From contig JBBPEB010000013.1 in the NCBI GenBank assembly GCA_039096225.1, positions 682,001 to 746,000 of the forward strand: a DNA stretch of 64,000 bases. The letters run 5' to 3'. The stretch is from Blastocystis sp. Blastoise (taxonomy: Eukaryota; Protista; Bigyra: Opalinata). The stretch's first letter is position 1. Every line of letters begins with the position of its first letter. The position numbers were made by a program, and so were the translations under genes. Positions 46,744 to 64,000 of the stretch are shown in pieces. The notes under the pieces are model-generated. The model was not told the origin of the DNA and did not search any database. It saw only the letters and a list, made by a program, of their open reading frames with translations.

Positions 46744-47969
46744 ATGTGGGTAAATAAACAGTTTTGGATCTATTCATTTATACCATGTATTTTCTATATC
46801 TTGTTTTGTGGTTTCACGATCGAAGTATATTTGTTGTGTTCATGTTTTTTTTATCACTACATCATTGCTTGTTTTATATAGAGATATTTGATTGTTAATG
46901 ATAAGGAGACACGCCAAAAAACACAGACAATTAATCTGGACAACATTACGGATAGTTTGAAAGAAGCTCATGTCAAAAAGATAATTGCCGATTCTGTTTT
47001 ACAGCCCACACCTGAAGAATATAAGGATATAAAACAACGATATCCAGATCTTCAGTCTGACGAAGTTATTCCTCCGTTAGTATTTTTAGATAAATATAAG
47101 ATGTTACAGAAAAAGATGATGAATGGAACTATTCCAGAGCGATATCTTTGCTATGATTCTTCAAATCCAGGATTTGGAAATAAAATGCTTGGTCTAGTTA
47201 CTGCTCTTGTTGTAGCTATGTCTACTGACAGAGGATTTGCATTATGTGGTTGGGATGCATTTACTGCTTATTATAAATTACCATTTGAAGTTCCTGTATT
47301 TCAAAGAAAAGGTATGCTGTGAATATATTTATATATATATAAATAACACTTTAAATTAATATTTATTCTTTTATATTATGAGAATATATGATTTTTCTAT
47401 AATAATCAATATATATAACACTAAAAAATTAACATTTATTCTTATATACAATTAGAATATATGATTTTTCTATTATAATCAATATATATATATATATGTA
47501 TATATAATTAGATTGGTCTTCATGGCGATTGGTACGATGGGGTCCTGGTTGTAGAAATCATCCTGAATTAGATAAAGGAACTTTAGAAGAGAATATTCCA
47601 GAAGATACTTTTCGATTTATGTCTAATTGTTTAGATATAGAATATATGGGTGTACGAAAGAGATATAATAAATATTTTAATAAAATTGGATTTCCTATAT
47701 CTAGAACATGTAATTCATTTGATAGTTATAAAATTGTGAAATATTTTTATAATTATGTATTATTACCTTCTGATTATGTCTCTCAAAAAGTAGAAGAAGA
47801 ATATTCTAAATGGCCAAAAGGTTATACTATAGGTATTCAAATTCGAATGGGTAAACACGCTGATTTTAATAATGATCGAAAAGAATTTCAAAATATGAAT
47901 TCTGTAAATATGATGTTTGCTAAAGCACAGGTAATGACACGAGAAGTCTCCCAACCTGTTCATTGGTAC

Positions 47970-48022
<53 letters not shown>

Positions 48023-48427
48023 TTTTTTTTTTATAACTTTTATCTAAATTTTTTATGAATTTTTTTTAAAAGATTCTTTAGAATCATATTATTTAAATAT
48101 ATATATATATATATTCAATATATTTATTAATTTATAATAAACATAATAATAATATATATATAAAGGTTTGTAGTATCTGATTCGAGTGTAGTAAAACAAC
48201 GCGCAATTAAGAATTATCCAAAATATGTTATTACTTATAATTCTACTATTATTCATTGTGGTGGACCTTCAAATAAGAAGATATTACAAGGCTGTTATGA
48301 TGCATTAATTGAAATGTATTTATTATCAAAATGTGATAATTATATTTTAACTTCAGGAAGTTCTTTTGGAAGAGTTTCTACTTGGGTAAAAAAAGATAAT
48401 AATATATTATTTACACCTTGTTTGTAA
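46744..48427 (+). CDS. Type II membrane fucosyltransferase-like glycosyltransferase, paralog 2
   Basis: N-terminal TM exon 46744-46824; GFGNK; GIQIRMG; FVVSDS; DALIEMYLLSKCD..TSGSSFG; shares the W|FVVSDS intron position with paralog 1. Confidence 0.82.
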
Positions 48428-49322
48428 AGAAGTTATTGATATATCTCCTTCATTGTAATAATTATACACATTTCATATATGTGTTCTTGTATACCTTTAT
48501 TTACTTTTTAAACATACATCTTAGGTATGAACTGCTTTTTTTTGTTGTTGTTCTATTGATCATTGTGATTTTTTTTATATTATTTTTATTAAATTGTATT
48601 TAATGTATCCTTTGTTTCTTGTCTTACGTATATTTTCATTTTTTTCTCTTGTATATTTCATGTTTTTGGTGTTGATTATGAAAAAAATTATAAAAAAAAT
48701 ATATTGTTTACTTTAGTTATTATCAAAGACATTTTTAAAGCTTAAAACAAGTTGATTCTATTTAATTCGTCAGTAAAAAAATAAAAATTGAGAAAAAAAT
48801 ATAGATATAATTTCTTTATTGAATAAGTAACATTATATTTGATTATAAACATTGTAATAATCATGGTATTACTTAAAAAATGACGACAAACTATATAAAT
48901 GGAACAGATGACTTATAGAAACAAAAAAATAGTAACTGTTTCGTCACATATCATTGACAGATCAAGTCAAAAACATAAAATATCTATTTAAAATTGTCAT
49001 TTTTTATTGTTTTGTTAAAATAAACACATTATTTCTCTAAAAAAAAGAGAAAACATATCCATTTGCTGTTAATACTAAAAAATGGCTGAGAAAACACTTG
49101 ATTACTGTGATTATGTTGTATTGTTTTTAACAAATGAAATAAAGGGAAATACATTGTATCGATAAACCCGATCAGAAACGCAGATTCACTGGGAATCTGA
49201 AAAAATACTCTAGAAATCTTTGTATAATTGTGAGAAAACACAACTTTTTTCAGGTTGAATATTATCTTCAAAGAAAAATATCAAATTGTTTTTCTTATCA
49301 TTTTTTTTCTTTGTTGTAAACT

Positions 49323-49932
49323 ATGTCTGGAGAACCTGCTAAAAAACAATCTTTCCTTGGAGCTAAAATCGCTACTATTACTATTGTCGTTATTTATACC
49401 ATCAGTATTATTGGTGGTATCATTAGTAGAGCTGTCTATTCTACTCCTACTGGATCTTCATGTACTATAGAAAAGATCATGTCTTTAGATAACGAATGTT
49501 TAAAGTGGTGGTGGACTCAAAGAGAACATAACGGTAGACTTGATATGGTTTGGGCTTTATTAGGTATACTTTTTATAAAATTCATTCTTAATTATCTCTT
49601 TATTAGATGTTGCTTCTATTACTCTTATGATTCCTGTTCTTAATGTAAATACATTTAGTTTTTATTCAAAGAGTTTTTAAATATTATTATTATTATTTTT
49701 TTAGGGTTTCAAGAAACTCGTTAAGGATAAGACTTCTGGAGATTTTATGGTATATATATACTTTTTTAAATATATATATTCTTTCTTTTTTATGGTTGGT
49801 TGTGCTAAGATTGCTGTTCTCTTCAATTTTGTTAATACTATTTTCCAAAATGCTGCTCGTGAAGTATATATAAATTTTATTATGTTTATTATGTTTATTA
49901 TGTTTATTATTAGTATTATTATTATTATTATG

Positions 49933-49986
<54 letters not shown>

Positions 49987-50470
49987 GTGGGCTGCTTACA
50001 GAACTCATACTGATCTTAAGACTTTCTATCCTGAATATCCTTTTTATGTTATTCTTATTCTATATAGATATTTATAAATTGTTTTTTCTATTATATTATC
50101 ATTAAAAATATAAATATAATAAAAATATAATAAAAATAATGAAATTTCTTAATTTTTTTTTACTTTTGAACTTGCTTTCCGTGTTAATAGTGATTTATTA
50201 TCTTGGGTTGGTTCTATTGATGAATTATTATATGGTATTGTTTTCCTTTATTTAGCTGCTTTAGGTTCTTCTACTAAGATCTTCCCTAAGGGTTTCAATG
50301 TTACTTCTCTTATTCTTGGTACATTAAGTCTTTTAGCCTTTGTTGCTGGTATTCTTTATCTTCTTTGGGATGGTTTCATATTTGCTGAATTTATCATCAG
50401 AGTTATCTATATGATTACCCTCTATATTTGGTTATTCTGGGGTTTCTATTTCTTCAGAACTATGGCTTAA
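49323..50470 (+). CDS. Multipass (~6 TM) membrane protein of unknown function; 6 exons
   Basis: Exons approx. 49323-49563, 49608-49644, 49705-49749, 49795-49863, 49988-50043, 50161-50470 give a continuous hydrophobic ORF ending RTMA*; codon usage (AAG, TTC, ATC, GCT) resembles the ribosomal protein genes. Confidence 0.72.
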
Positions 50471-50904
50471 ATGAATGTCTACTTTTTTTTTCACATGCTT
50501 TTTTAAATATTTTCTTTAATATATCAAGTTTATAAGATTCTTCTTTTGCATAACATGTCTTATATATCTCAATTTTAATCATATATATATATATTAATCC
50601 TATTTTTTGTTTTTTTTTTTTGTTTTTTTCGAATTCTACTATTTAACAGATACTTTTATCCTTTGAGAATGACATTCTAGGTATTAAACTATCATGAATC
50701 CTATTACTTTTAAACATAAACGAAATCTAACACATAATGAATACGAAAAGAGGGGACTTTTCGATTTTTGTCGTGTTGTATAACCAAAATATTTCGTTTT
50801 AATCTCTATTTCATTTAATTCAACATAAACCAAATAATCAACACAGTATCTGAACAAAAATAAATTCTAAAGAATAAAACATTGTCAATTCATCATTTCA
50901 GACT

Positions 50905-51960
50905 ATGGTTAATTATCAGTATAAAGTCAATAAACGGAAACAACTAACTCCTAAAAAGTATATTCTCTATTTCTTTCATTCAAATACCTTTTCATCCAAT
51001 TTCTAGAAGTCTTTCCCAATTTAAGAAAAAACCAGACTTTGCAATTATTTCTATTTTTGTTGCTAGTATACATTATTTATTTATATAAACTTTCAAATCA
51101 TTCAAAAAATCTATTCTCTAACCTATTTATATAGACGAATCGGATATGTCTGTCAACAATGGTTACGAATCGATTGCTCAATATAGTAATAATGATGTTT
51201 ATGAGCAAGATCCTATAGACGATGTCCTTGATGATCTAACAAGCGTTGCATCTGAGATGGAATATGGATATGAATCACCCACAAGTGAGAATCTCATTTA
51301 TTCAACAACTCTCATTCCTTTATCAACTACTACTCTTAATATAACACAAAAGGACAAGAAAGAGAAACCAAAATCTCAACCTGAACGCAGTTCTAAGGTG
51401 TATAAATACCGAGTTGTATGTTTTTTAACTTGTTTACACTTTTCTTTTTGTTCATATCTATGTGTTCTTATATATATATATATATATTTAAACATATACA
51501 GAAACGTTGTGCTTCTTGTAAGAAACGGCAAACTCCTCGGTGGCATGTTGTTCAAATTCCAAAAGAAGTATAAATACCATTATTTTATTCTTTTTCCTGT
51601 CTATTAATTCTAATTAATTGAATTCACTGTTTTAAACATTTTTATTTATTATAGAAACTTCTATTATGTAATGCTTGCGCTATGCGATTTAAGAAATATA
51701 AGTCTATTTGTCAGAATTGTTTACATGCCTACAAAAAAGATGAACTTGATATGATTATTTGTCCGAAATGTAAAGGACATTATCCTATTCTCAAAATGAA
51801 TCAATTTGAAGAAACCAATGATTCAGAACTTAATAATGTATATATCTCATTATACTATTCGTATTCTTATATTTATTTAAAATAATTATCATCTATATAG
51901 GATATAATGAGTGAAATTGAAACACCACTATCAGAAAAGAGTCCTGTATCCACATTTTAA
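50905..51960 (+). CDS. GATA zinc-finger protein (C-x2-C-x20-C-x2-C) followed by a second C4 module, Ash1-like arrangement
   Basis: Spliced KRCASCKKRQTPRWHVVQIPKE|KLLLCNACAMRFKKYKSICQNC..CPKC; upstream exons from ATG 50905 splice in phase; stop TAA 51958-51960. Confidence 0.8.
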
Positions 51961-52570
51961 TTTGTTTATTGTGTTGTTTATTTGTTTATATGTTTTGTCC
52001 AACTCATTTATGAATCTATTTTGTTTTGTATATATATATATATTCTTTTCTACTAAACAGATTATCTTCATTTGGTTATTATTCTACTTTAAAATAATAA
52101 CTATTGATCAAAATTGATTCTATACTATATGAGTAATACTATAGAAAATAAAATAATGTATTAAACAAGAAAAAATAAAAAGATCAAATTTGTGTTTAAC
52201 ATTTGAATCATAAATCGCATTCAAATCTTAATGAAATTTTTATTATAAACGATCCACAAATGAGCCATAGCATATATATTTGTAAATAATGGATCACTGA
52301 GACATCATCACAATAAAACCATCTTTCGACATCATTACTATATTTACTGACTCCTGTTTATTATAAAAAATCATGAATTATGTGTATATATGATTCAGAG
52401 AAGAAGTCTAAAAAAAGAAAAAAACCCGCATTTTTGTTTCACTTTTGTTTTTTCGATTTCTCTATTTGATTTTTTAATTCCTATTTGATTTTTCTTTTAA
52501 ACTATTTATAAAAGGTAAACTAATCTCATAGATAGAAAATAAGTTTATTTATAGGAATTGAATTTCAAAA

Positions 52571-64000
<11,430 letters not shown>

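Noticed and set aside
48400-51975. Stop codons created by polyadenylation (known in Blastocystis), suggested by TGTTTG/TGTTTA motifs near gene ends at 48419 and 51963
   Set aside because: Every complete gene model here has a genomic stop codon, so there is no need to invoke it; it cannot be tested without 3' reads.

Overview
Very AT-rich, intron-dense eukaryotic genomic DNA from a unicellular protist (a Blastocystis-like stramenopile is plausible but is inference only). By walking splice sites by hand I reconstruct about 15 protein-coding genes: RPS4 (3' part), RPS23, two divergently transcribed PITP paralogs, an LSD1-type zinc-finger protein, a CMS1/CMSS1-like protein, a small dually acylated protein, an RBR E3 ubiquitin ligase with a ZZ finger, a giant ~6,190-aa gene, an ISWI remodeler with an unusual C-terminal extension, two tandem fucosyltransferase-like genes, a multipass membrane protein, an Ash1-like GATA factor and the 5' part of ATR/Mec1. 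The main candidate novel system is the giant gene (36333-16700, 15 exons; the 5515-aa ORF is essentially its last exon). It has tandem N-terminal ubiquitin-like domains, six midasin/MoxR-type AAA+ modules alternating intact and degenerate, three VWA-like domains and a GATase-like domain. It lies tail-to-tail with the RBR-ZZ ligase carrying a PPxY array, suggesting a split, RNF213-like ubiquitin/AAA+ machine. Other notable signals: non-AG intron acceptors that copy the end of the upstream exon in apparently highly expressed genes (a real splicing oddity or an RNA-polishing artefact), a strongly over-represented CCCGCGGG/GCGGGAA motif inside exons, and a gene-conversion tract between the PITP paralogs.
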